In this document: positions 13,063 to 23,960 of the stretch, piece by piece | Numbering within the stretch: the stretch's first letter is position 1 | How the letters are laid out: every line of letters starts with the position of its first letter | From: Octopus sinensis | Taxonomy: Eukaryota | Direction of reading: 5' to 3' | Length of the DNA: 64,000 bases | Assembly (NCBI RefSeq): GCF_006345805.1 | Contig: NC_043009.1 | Coordinates: 8,556,001-8,620,000, forward strand | The notes under the pieces: model-generated | What the model was told of the DNA's origin: nothing | What the model saw: the letters and a program-made list of their open reading frames with translations, nothing else | Databases searched by the model: none | Position numbers and translations under genes: made by a program

Positions 13063-13489
13063 GGATCTTTTCGGTTTGAACGGCAGTTTTTAATATAATT
13101 TCTAGGTAACTAAAAAATTTTAAACTTCGTATACTGGTAGATCTGTTTATAAAACATCTTTTTCTCTTGGCTTTATTGAGAAAATTCTATAGTTTGTAAG
13201 ATATTTGTTGTTTTTTTTTCTTCAATTTCTGCAATTTCAACCAATCACTGACGTCTATTGACGTAAAAATCATTCTGTGCCGTATGAATATGTCCCTCGT
13301 TTAAGAAACAGATTGGGTTTATTTACATTTGTGAAGAAAAAAAGATACCCTCCCCCCTAACCCTAGCCCTAACTAACCCTAACCCTAAAACAGATTGAAA
13401 TGCAATAGATCGATACTAGGGTCATAATTATGGGTGACAATTTCATATGACACCACTAGAAAAAACTGCCGTTCAAACCGAAAAGATCC
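13063..13489 (-). mobile_element. hAT-like MITE (same family, opposite orientation)
   Basis: Both 28-bp TIRs present. TSD cagccctt (13055-13062) / cagctctt (13490-13497). Confidence 0.9.
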
Positions 13490-13653
13490 CAGCTCTTTAC
13501 ATTTTGAATTCATATGCTTGAGGTCAACCTTACCTTACATCTTTTCAGGATCAATAAAATAAAGTACCTGTCAAGTACTGGGGTCAATGTGTGTGACTAG
13601 CACCCCTTATCTTGAAGTTGCTTTGTATCGTAATTTGAAACCATTATTATTAA

Positions 13654-13874
13654 CCCTTTTGTTACCAACCCAGCTGAAACCGGCTCTGGCTCTGTAGTAC
13701 AAATGTTTTGCTTTCATAAGTTTTGAATTAAAATCTTCCACTGAACCTTAGTCACAATTGATGTTCCTAATACTAGCTTAATGATAACTAAGATATTTTA
13801 CTAAATTTTTTATTATATTTAAAATAATTGAAAGAAACACAGAGCATCTCAAAATAAATATATTAATGAAAGGG
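13654..13874. mobile_element. piggyBac-like MITE with TTAA TSD
   Basis: TTAA|cccttttgttacc ... aatgaaaggg|TTAA. Confidence 0.75.
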
Positions 13875-14309
13875 TTAAGGTGGAAAGCTGGCAGAATTGT
13901 TTGCATGCCAGACAAAATGCTTAGTCTGCTTTTTGTCTGTCTTTACATTCCAAGTTCAAATTCCATCAAGGTTGACTTTGCTTTTCATCCATTCAGAAAC
14001 AATGAAGTAAATACCAGTTGAGCAGTCTATCCCCTCCAAATCCTTTGTGCTTCATAAAGAAATTAGTGTTATTATTATTGTTGAGGTGGTGAACTGGCAG
14101 AATGGTTAGCACACCAGACAGAATGCTTAGCAGCATTTCATACGTCTTTACGTTCTGAATTCAAATGCCACCAGAGACAACTTTGCCCTTCAACCTTTTG
14201 AGGTTGATAAAATAAAGTACTGGTCATGTACATGGGTTGATAGTATTACCTCAATTTTCCCCTGATTTCAAAATTGTTGGTCTTGTGCCTAAAATATAAG
14301 CCATTATTT

Positions 14310-14560
14310 TTACCCTACGTGTGTAAGCGAAAGCAGAGTATTATAATCACTCATCTTTGTCTGTGTGTTTGCAAAATTACTGGAAAACAGATGAATGGAT
14401 TTTCACCAAATTTAGCAGAAATACTCATTGGATGAGTGACTAGAAATGGTGAAAATATGACAGAAATACTCATTGGATGAGTGGCTTGAAATGATGAAAA
14501 TTTGGTTTGCTTGTCTTCAAACATACATAAATACATACATAGATATGCAACTGTATGTGT
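14310..14560 (+). mobile_element. Possible non-autonomous Helitron/Helentron-like element with internal 45-bp duplication
   Basis: Motif order gtctgtgtgt...ggattttcaccaaatt...catacata resembles such elements (recalled, not searched). The 45-bp tandem starts at 14416 and 14461. Confidence 0.35.
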
Positions 14561-14587
14561 ATGTGTGTGTGTACAGTGATGGATTCG

Positions 14588-14622
<35 letters not shown>

Positions 14623-15500
14623 AGGGATGGATTCGAGAGTTGATTTCTTAATTTCACCAGAGTATAAATACCTATAATGGTGATACTTAAAACAAAAAAA
14701 AATTTGAACAATTGAACTTACAAATTTGCCATTGAGCAAGTGGTCACATTATATATATCCTACAACAAACTATAGTACATTTGATTCATCTGCCATCGTT
14801 GAAAGACGTTGTTATGCAATATTTTCTATACATATTTCATCTTGTTCACTTTCATTTTCATATGGATCTACCCTCATCTGTGTGTGTATAGATCATGGTG
14901 TACCTATGCACATTGACACATATGGGTACATACATACATATATATGCAGCCGTGTGTGTGTCTGTGTGTGCGTACAGTGATGGATTTCAGGGTTTTGTTT
15001 ATTTACAATTTATTTCTTAATTTCACTGTTCTTAGGTTTCTAATCCTCTTTTTAGTCAAACTCTTACACAGCTGAATTCAGTTAAATCAAATATAGTACC
15101 AGTCAAATACTGAGACTGATATTATTGGCTAATTTTTTTTTCTCATGAAAATTCTATCCTGTGTTTATGTTACATTCTTAATGACATAGCCACACCTGTG
15201 CATATATCAGGCACAGGTGTGGCCTTGTGGTTGAGAACCTTACTTCCCAACCATGTGGGTCTTCAGTTCAGTTCTACTGCAGTGACACCTAGAGCAAGTG
15301 TCTCCTACTATTGCCCCTAAATGATCAAACTTTTGTGAGTGGATTTAGATGATGGAAACTGAAGAAATCTATCATATATGTGTATATATATATGTGTGTG
15401 TTTGTGTGTACCCTTTTCTAGCCATCATGCGATAGTTGTGAGTGAGTATCACTGGCATACAAGTGAACTTGTACACTTCCAGTTTTCCATTAAAAATATG

Positions 15501-15909
15501 GGATCTTTTCGGTTTGAACGGCAGTTTTTTCTAGCGGTGTCATATGAAATTGTCACCCATAATTATGACCCTAGTATCAATCTATTGCATTTCAATGTGT
15601 TTTAGGGTTAGGGGTGGGGGGAAGGGTATCTTTCTTTCTTCACAAATGTAAATAAACCCAATCTATTTCTTAAACGAGGGACATATTCATACGGCACAGA
15701 ATGTTTTCACCTCAATAGACGGTCATTGATTGGTTGAAATTACAGAAATTGAAGAAAAAAAACCAAATATCTTACAAACTATAGAATTTTCTCAATAAAG
15801 CCAAGAGAAAAAAATGTTTTATAAACACATTCTACCAGTATACGAAGTTTAAAAGTGTTTAGTTACGTGGAAATTATGTTAAAAACTGCCGTTCAAACCA
15901 AAAAGATCC
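15501..15909 (+). mobile_element. hAT-like MITE with perfect 8-bp TSD
   Basis: TSD aaaatatg (15493-15500 and 15910-15917). The paralogous SINE tail near 17401 has a single aaaatatg (empty site). Confidence 0.92.
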
Positions 15910-16835
15910 AAAATATGTTTAGCTATGGGGGAAATATTACCTGGCTTGAAAACAGGTGAACGTTTGGGTATTTGACTATAGAAACTTTGCCTCGACAAAA
16001 TCTTTCTGACCCATTCAAGCCAGGTAAAGTGGACATTGAATGATGATGATTATTATGATGATATTATCATTTGCTCCTTCTTACTCCCACACATTCTCTC
16101 ACTTTACTTTATCTCACTATCAGTTACATTCTCACAGTCTTCCTCTCTTTCCTCCTCCTTATCTCTCTGATTTTCACACTCACTTATTCTCTTTCTCTCT
16201 CTCTCTCTCCACCATCTCTCTCTTTCCCTTTTTTTCTCTCTGGTTTACTTTCTTCCCCTTTGTTCATGTTTTCTAAATTTCTCACCATATCCCAAGAGCC
16301 CACCTGCAAAATTTCCAAAACAATACAACACACACACACATTCATCCACAGAGAAATATATTCATAAACATTCTATGCTTATATATATATATATATATAT
16401 ATATTCATCCATATCTATTCATCCCAATATAACTGCATAACCAGAACATTTACATACTCACTTATTAGAGTTGTACTTGTTTGGCAACTGACTTCATCTG
16501 AGATTGCAGCATGAAACAATTACATCAGTTCTTGATAGAAATGTATTTCATGTCACTTCCGTCATATTGCTTTGTGTGTGTGTGTTATTTAGTAGTTAAT
16601 AATTCCTACAGACATTTCTCAGAGTTCTAGAAGGACCGAATCATTTGAAAGATTATACACTTGTGACCAAGTCTGTAAATCTCTAAGTAATGACACTAGA
16701 AGTCATTAATTGCTAATTTACCAAATATATAGTCTTACTCTACATGGCATATTGAGTACTCTTTTCTTTGTACGCTTGTATGTGTGTATGTATGTATGTA
16801 TGTGTGTGTGTATGTATATATATATATAGGAGCAT

Positions 16836-17140
16836 GGAGTCGCAATGGCCCAGTGGTTAGGGCAGCGGACTCGCAGTTGTAGGATCACAGTTTTAATTCC
16901 CAGACCGGGTGTTATGAGTGTTTATTGAGCAAAAACATCTAAAGCTCCACGAGGCTCCAGCAGGGGAGGGGGTGTGGCGATCCCTGCTGTACTCTTTCGC
17001 CACAACTTTCTCTCACTCTTTCTTCTGTTGGCCTGCTCACTTAGCCAGAGGGGTGGCGTCATTTGAAGGCTAAAGCAATGCGAAGCGCATTGTGACCAGT
17101 GATGTGTAGCAACATCTGATAGCCTGGTCAGTCACGGTGG
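16836..17140 (+). mobile_element. tRNA-derived SINE (family E) in TA-rich sequence
   Basis: Head ggagtcgcaatggcccagtggttagggcagcggactcgc...ttttaattccc is tRNA-like. A second copy lies at 44153-44411. Confidence 0.8.
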
Positions 17141-17555
17141 TGATATATATAGGAGCAGGTGCTGCTGTGGAGAACCAACTTGGGTTCAGTTTCACTTCAC
17201 AGTACCTCAATTGTCTTCTATAGCATCAGGCCAGTCAGAGCCTTGTGAGTGAATTTTATTGAGAAGAACTGAGCAAAGCCTGTCATATGCATGCATGTGT
17301 GTGTGTGTGTGTGTGTGTACACTTTCTAGATATCATGTGATGGTTGTTTATGAGCATCCACATCATAGAAGCAAGGCTGATCATTTTCAGTCTTCTGTGA
17401 AAAATATGTCAGGTGAGTTCAGATTCTGCCGAGGTCAACTTTACCTTTTGCTGAACCACTAAGTTACAGGGGAAGTAAACACACCAGGACCAGTTGTCAA
17501 CCAATGGCAAGAGAACAAAGAGAGAGACACACACACATAATATATATATATATGT

Positions 17556-17589
<34 letters not shown>

Positions 17590-17692
17590 AAATAAGGATA
17601 AGATCGTTAATTTAAAACTAAAATAACGATTTTATCAAGTGGTCAGCATGGAAAAAATAACCTTCAAAGGTAATAATTATTAAAATTATAAA

Positions 17693-17929
17693 TTAGGGTA
17701 TCTACGAGATACCACCTTGCTGGAAATAGCAGCCATGATCTGACTCTAAAACCACCTTAATTGTTCATATATCAAACAAAGAAACAAGATGAAACTAGTA
17801 AAAAATTATCCAGTAATTTTTTACTAGTTTCATCTTGTCTCTTTGTTTGATATATGGACAATTAAGGTGGTTTTAGAGTCAGATCATGGCTGCTATTTCC
17901 AGCAAGGTGGTATCTCGTAGATACCCTAA
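17693..17929. repeat. Near-perfect inverted repeat (116-bp arms, 5-nt spacer)
   Basis: Arms 17693-17808 and 17814-17929 are reverse complements with two mismatches by eye. Confidence 0.95.
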
Positions 17930-18504
17930 AATATAATTATATATATATATATACACCTACATACAACAGGCTTCTTTCAGTTTTCATCAACAAAATTACT
18001 CACAAGGCTTTGGTCAACCTGAAGCTGTAGCAGGAGACACTTGCGCAAAGTACCACGCGGTGGGATTGAACCCCAAACCAGTTGGGGGAGCAAGCTTCTT
18101 ACCACACAGCCATAGCTGCATCTATATGTATATATCATCATTTCCCAGCAACACCATTTCCATTGTCAGATACCAGACGAGACCTGAGACACTGGGTTTT
18201 ACACATTTCTCAGTAATTGAACACATTCAAATTTATTGATCAATTGTTGACGACGTAGATTGTGCTAGATTCTGCAAATTTTGAATTTCCCCTTTGGTGA
18301 TCATGAACACTGGCAAAGGGCAATCGGTGTATGTTGGTGAATAGCTGTATGCGCATATATATCTATGAATGTATTTATTTGTGCATATGTGTATTTATGT
18401 ACATGTATGTGTTTTTGTGTATGTAAATACACATACAGATATATATATGTTTGGATTAAGGCATCTAGTTGTGCATATGTTTATAGGTTTATATGCTGTG
18501 TGCA

Positions 18505-18539
<35 letters not shown>

Positions 18540-18994
18540 TACACACACACACATGGACATATGCAGATCTGTCAATTTGAAGCCCTCCTTCATCTTCCCG
18601 CCATGTGTTCAAATAGATGATAAAATTTCTGATTAAAATCTAAATGTTAAGGATCTTAAGTCCCGATATCTCATGCTGCTTCTATCAAAGATCTTTGGAA
18701 GTGCAGGATATATTGGAACTTTTTCAGCTGTACTCTTTATCTAAATCATAACCATTATAGTGAACCCTGTTGAATTTCCTGTGCTCTGTTCAATTTCGAT
18801 GCAAACCTTAGCTGACTATATGTTACCCCAAGTCCTTTTGAGTTCTTTGAAGTTCAATTGTCATATTAATCCTGTTTAATTAGTTCTCTTCCCATCTTTT
18901 GTTAAAGAATTATGTTCTGCTTTTGATGCGTCGTTGACATTGTAGCTTAGGTGTAAAGTAGAATGCTGTTACTGGGCAATTAACTATAACTAGC

Positions 18995-19233
18995 ATATAT
19001 ATGTATGTATATATGTATATATATGTATGTATATATGTATATATATATATGTATGTATATATATATATATATGTATATATGTATATATGTATGTATGTAT
19101 GTATATATGTATGTATATATATATATATATGTATGTATATATGTATGTATATATGTATATATGTATATATATATGTATGTATATATGTATGTATATATAT
19201 ATGTATGTATGTATATATGTATGTATATATATA
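18995..19233. repeat. (AT)n/(ATGT)n compound microsatellite, left flank of the array
   Basis: Direct reading. Confidence 0.95.
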
Positions 19234-19471
19234 CGACCAAGCAGTATTCGGTATGTAAAGACCATTTACGGTGTATTTGAAGTATTAATTTATAAAAATA
19301 TGGTAAAGTAAAAAAATTCACTTTACCACACACCGAACTTTTCAGAAATAGCAGCCAAAAATATGGCTATTTCTTCAACTGCAAATAAAAGTCTCCAGAC
19401 AATGCATACTCAGAAAATAACTCACATAGGTATAAGGGAAAAACAATGAAAGATCACATCCGTATACGATA

Positions 19472-19533
19472 CCCGAGGACAGCCTGTTTCTGGATTTGTG
19501 GGTAAAACGCCACTTTTCCTTCATCAGCTCAGA
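19472..19533 (-). ncRNA. Type I hammerhead ribozyme motif, unit 1
   Basis: Minus strand: tctgag-CTGATGA-a gga aaa gtgg cgttttac ccac aaa tcc a-GAAA-cag g ctG-TC-ctcggg. Predicted cleavage between 19478 and 19477. Confidence 0.75.
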
Positions 19534-20047
19534 GATTTCTTCTTATTTAGATTTGAAAATACTAAGAATCAAACATACCCGTCCGATATCTGTAACATCG
19601 GACAAACCATGCCAGACACCCAGTACTAGCGAATCCAAAAATACGAATGAGATCTATTATTCTCCCTGTCCACCCACGTGAGTCATAGAGCATTACATTT
19701 CTACAGAGGTAAAAACTGTAGTTCAAATTCTTGGAGAGAAAAGTATTATATTGTCATCAAAAAAGGGGGTAGAATTAATTAATTGTTAATAAATTCGACC
19801 AAGCAGTATTCGGTATGTAAAGACCATTTACGGTGTATTTGAAGTATTAATTTATAAGTATTAATTTATAAAAATATGGTAAAGTAAAAAAATTCACTTT
19901 ACCACACACCGAACTTTTCAGAAATAGCAGCCAAAAATATGGCTATTTCTTCAACTGCAAATAAAAGTCTCCAGACAATGCATACTCAGAAAATAACTCA
20001 CATAGGTATAAGGGAAAAACAATGAAAGATCACATCCATATACGATA

Positions 20048-20108
20048 CCCGAGGACAGCCTGTTTCTGGATTGTGGGTAAAACGCCACTTTTCCTTCATC
20101 AGCTCAGA
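20048..20108 (-). ncRNA. Type I hammerhead ribozyme motif, unit 2
   Basis: Same as unit 1, with a 1-nt deletion in the stem II internal loop. Confidence 0.72.
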
Positions 20109-20608
20109 GATTTCTTCTTATTTAGATTTGAAAATACTAAGAATCAAACATACCCGTCCGATATCTGTAACATCGGACAAACCATGCCAGACACCCAGTA
20201 CTAGCGAATCCAAAAATACGAATGAGATCTATTATTCTCCCTGTCCACCCACGTGAGTCATAGAGCATTACATTTCTACAGAGGTAAAAACTGTAGTTCA
20301 AATTCTTGGAGAGAAAAGTATTATATTGTCATCAAAAAAGGGGGTAGAATTAATTAATTGTTAATAAATTCGACCAAGCAGTATTCGGTATGTAAAGACC
20401 ATTTACGGTGTATTTGAAGTATTAATTTATAAAAATATGGTAAAGTAAAAAAATTCACTTTACCACACACCGAACTTTTCAGAAATAGCAGCCAAAAATA
20501 TGGCTATTTCTTCAACTGCAAATAAAAGTCTCCAGACAATGCATACTCAGAAAATAACTCACATAGGTATAAGGGAAAAACAATGAAAGATCACATCCAT
20601 ATACGATA

Positions 20609-20670
20609 CCCGAGGACAGCCTGTTTCTGGATTTGTGGGTAAAACGCCACTTTTCCTTCATCAGCTCAGA
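20609..20670 (-). ncRNA. Type I hammerhead ribozyme motif, unit 3
   Basis: Identical motif to unit 1. Confidence 0.75.
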
Positions 20671-21168
20671 GATTTCTTCTTATTTAGATTTGAAAATACT
20701 AAGAATCAAACATACCCGTCCGATATCTGTAACATCGGACAAACCATGCCAGACACCCAGTACTAGCGAATCCAAAAATACGAATGAGATCTATTATTCT
20801 CCCTGTCCACCCACGTGAGTCATAGAGCATTACATTTCTACAGAGGTAAAAACTGTAGTTCAAATTCTTGGAGAGAAAAGTATTATTTGTCATCAAAAAA
20901 GGGGGTAGAATTAATTAATTGTTAATAAATTCGACAAGCAGTATTCGGTATGTAAAGACCATTTACGGTGTATTTGAAGTATTAATTTATAAAAATATGG
21001 TAAAGTAAAAAAATTCACTTTACCACACACCGAACTTTTCAGAAATAGCAGCCAAAAATATGGCTATTTCTTCAACTGCAAATAAAAGTCTCCAGACAAT
21101 GCATACTCAGAAAATAACTCACATAGGTATAAGGGAAAAACAATGAAAGATCACATCCATATACGATA

Positions 21169-21230
21169 CCCGAGGACAGCCTGTTTCTGGATTTGTGGGT
21201 AAAACGCCACTTTTCCTTCATCAGCTCAGA
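21169..21230 (-). ncRNA. Type I hammerhead ribozyme motif, unit 4
   Basis: Identical motif to unit 1. Confidence 0.75.
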
Positions 21231-21730
21231 GATTTCTTCTTATTTAGATTTGAAAATACTAAGAATCAAACATACCCGTCCGATATCTGTAACATCGGAC
21301 AAACCATGCCAGACACCCAGTACTAGCGAATCCAAAAATACGAATGAGATCTATTATTCTCCCTGTCCACCCACGTGAGTCATAGAGCATTACATTTCTA
21401 CAGAGGTAAAAACTGTAGTTCAAATTCTTGGAGAGAAAAGTATTATATTGTCATCAAAAAAGGGGGTAGAATTAATTAATTGTTAATAAATTCGACCAAG
21501 CAGTATTCGGTATGTAAAGACCATTTACGGTGTATTTGAAGTATTAATTTATAAAAATATGGTAAAGTAAAAAAATTCACTTTACCACACACCGAACTTT
21601 TCAGAAATAGCAGCCAAAAATATGGCTATTTCTTCAACTGCAAATAAAAGTCTCCAGACAATGCATACTCAGAAAATAACTCACATAGGTATAAGGGAAA
21701 AACAATGAAAGATCACATCCATATACGATA

Positions 21731-21792
21731 CCCGAGGACAGCCTGTTTCTGGATTTGTGGGTAAAACGCCACTTTTCCTTCATCAGCTCAGA
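21731..21792 (-). ncRNA. Type I hammerhead ribozyme motif, unit 5
   Basis: Identical motif to unit 1. Confidence 0.75.
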
Positions 21793-22047
21793 GATTTCTT
21801 CTTATTTAGATTTGAAAATACTAAGAATCAAACATACCCGTCCGATATCTGTAACATCGGACAAACCATGCCAGACACCCAGTACTAGCGAATCCAAAAA
21901 TACGAATGAGATCTATTATTCTCCCTGTCCACCCACGTGAGTCATAGAGCATTACATTTCTACAGAGGTAAAAACTGTAGTTCAAATTCTTGGAGAGAAA
22001 AGTATTATATTGTCATCAAAAAAGGGGGTAGAATTAATTAATTGTTA

Positions 22048-22618
22048 ATAAATTAATACTTCAAATACACCGTAAATGGTCTTTACATACCGAATACTGC
22101 TTGGTCGAATTTATTAACAATTAATTAATTCTACCCCCTTTTTTGATGACAATATAATACTTTTCTCTCCAAGAATTTGAACTACAGTTTTTACCTCTGT
22201 AGAAATGTAATGCTCTATGACTCACGTGGGTGGACAGGGAGAATAATAGATCTCATTCGTATTTTTGGATTCGCTAGTACTGGGTGTCTGGCATGGTTTG
22301 TCCGATGTTACAGATATCGACGGGTATGTTTGATTCTTAGTATTTTCAAATCTAATAAGAAGAAATCTCTGAGCTGATGAAGGAAAAGTGGCGTTTTACC
22401 CACAAATCCAGAAACAGGCTGTCCTCGGGTATCGTATATGGATGTGATCTTTCATTGTTTTTCCCTTATACCTATGTGAGTTATTTTCTGAGTATGCATT
22501 GTCTGGACTTTTATTTGCAGTTGAAGAAATAGCCATATTTTTGGCTGCTATTTCTGAAAAGTTCGGTGTGTGGTAAAGTGAATTTTTTTACTTTACCATA
22601 TTTTTATAAATTAATACT
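22048..22618 (+). repeat. Inverted, circularly permuted sixth copy of the 562-bp unit
   Basis: Reverse complement of one full unit, beginning and ending at ataaattaatact (22048-22060 and 22606-22618). Confidence 0.95.
22368..22429 (+). ncRNA. Type I hammerhead ribozyme motif in the inverted copy
   Basis: tctgag CTGATGA (22374-22380) aggaaaagtggcgttttacccacaaatcca GAAA (22411-22414) caggct GTC (22421-22423) ctcggg. Confidence 0.75.
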
Positions 22619-22673
22619 ATGTATATATATATGTATGTATGTATATATGTATGTATATATATATATATGTATG

Positions 22674-22704
<31 letters not shown>

Positions 22705-22750
22705 GTATATATATATATATACATACACATATATATGCACACACATACAC
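22619..22750. repeat. (AT)n/(ATGT)n microsatellite, right flank of the array
   Basis: Same motif and same orientation as the left flank. Confidence 0.95.
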
Positions 22751-23893
22751 ACACTATTCCAATTTCCATTGTTCAGTAGTTGACAAATAAAATGGTAGAA
22801 ACACCTGTGCCAGAAATGTATAGAAATCTTTTGAATTTGTACAATTAGACAACGCCATCAGAAAACTTGGAAAATGCTTAAAAAGCAAAAGGAAAAAAAA
22901 AAGAAAGAAAAAGAAAATGAAGGAATTGAAATACATCCAAAGAATCGCTCATTTTCCAGCGTATCTTTTCATTAGTATTTTTCCTGTTGGAATGGCTGAG
23001 ATAGTTGACACTTCTCGTTCACAATGTCTCTTTCACATTTGGGAAGGTGGAGGGGGGGTTAAAAAAAACTGAAAAATGAAAAGGTAAAAAAAAAAAAAAT
23101 TTTCTGTTTTTAGTCTTGCAGCCTCCAAATGCAATTATAGAGGAAAGAGGAATGTGATGCAAGTAAATTTAAAAATCTATTGTTTGGTAATGCTGACAGT
23201 GTGCTAATAAATACAGTGCCGATCTCTTCCAATGTAATTACAGATCTTTCTTACCCTGTGCTTTTCTGCTTTTCTCCTGATTTACTATCTCTCTATTCAA
23301 GACAATATCGGTGCCAACATATATGCTAGCAATGGCAGCGAAATCTTTCTTAAATCATATTATTTTCTTGATTCTTAAAAAAGAACACCATTTGATAAAG
23401 TAGTCAGACTATTGTCCAGTGGTGGTCTGCCCTTGGGCAGGTCCTGTGCATATGTACTTACTCCAGCACTATCTATATGACCTGGGAAGGCCCGAACCAT
23501 CCCTTGCCGCTGCTAAGTAGATTACTGGAACTTTGGCAACTATAACTAGACTTAGGATGTCTACTGAAGTTGTTTCCTGTTGCCTTCTCCAGGTAGGTGA
23601 GATTTCAACTCAGAATGTAGAGAGTTGAAAGATATATCCTAAAGCACTTCTGCTGACCCTCCAACAATCCTTCAACTCTGCTACCTGCAGAGCAACATGA
23701 AATGAAGTATTTTGCTCAATAACAAAACACACCGCCCGGTTCCAAATTAAACCCATGACCTCATAATTGTGAATGTAACACCCTAACCTGGAGAAGAAAA
23801 GAAAGGGAGATGGATGTTCATGACTGGGGTGTTTTGGTTTATAGATCTTTTCAATCATATCTAACCTTGGGTTAAACTACTGTTGCTTATGAG

Positions 23894-23960
23894 CAGTGGT
23901 TTTCAAGCAGGGTCCATAGGACCACTTGGGTGCCATGTAAGATTTTTGGGGGTCCATGCG
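23894..23960 (+). mobile_element. hAT-Charlie-like terminal fragment
   Basis: cagtggttttcaa...gggtccat, related to the ends of 61845-62550. Confidence 0.5.

Larger units (their letters stand above)
19234..22054 (-). repeat. Five head-to-tail copies of a 562-bp unit (ribozyme-containing satellite / retrozyme-like concatemer)
   Basis: Units start at 19234, 19796, 20371, 20932 and 21493 (cgacc...) and end ...aataaatt. Lengths are 562, 575, 561, 561 and 562. They differ by one substitution, a few 1-nt deletions and one 14-bp duplication. Confidence 0.97.

Noticed and set aside
16836-16915. tRNA gene
   Set aside because: It is the tRNA-like head of a SINE: it continues into a shared SINE body and has no intact cloverleaf.
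19496-21940. Repeated 61-aa ORF MWVKRHFSF... in each unit of the array
   Set aside because: Short, no recognisable domain, starts at TTG/GTG in the ORF track, and overlaps the antisense of the ribozyme. Its recurrence only reflects the DNA repeat.
19234-22054. CRISPR array, rDNA/5S/snRNA tandem, or mitochondrial control-region NUMT
   Set aside because: There are no variable spacers and no cas genes, no match to 5S, U-snRNA or tRNA sequences I know, and the composition is not that of an AT-extreme control region.
19796-22618. Single-base deletions distinguishing the units as biological divergence
   Set aside because: They are almost all 1-2 nt deletions, typical of long-read consensus error, so I did not use them to date or order the copies.
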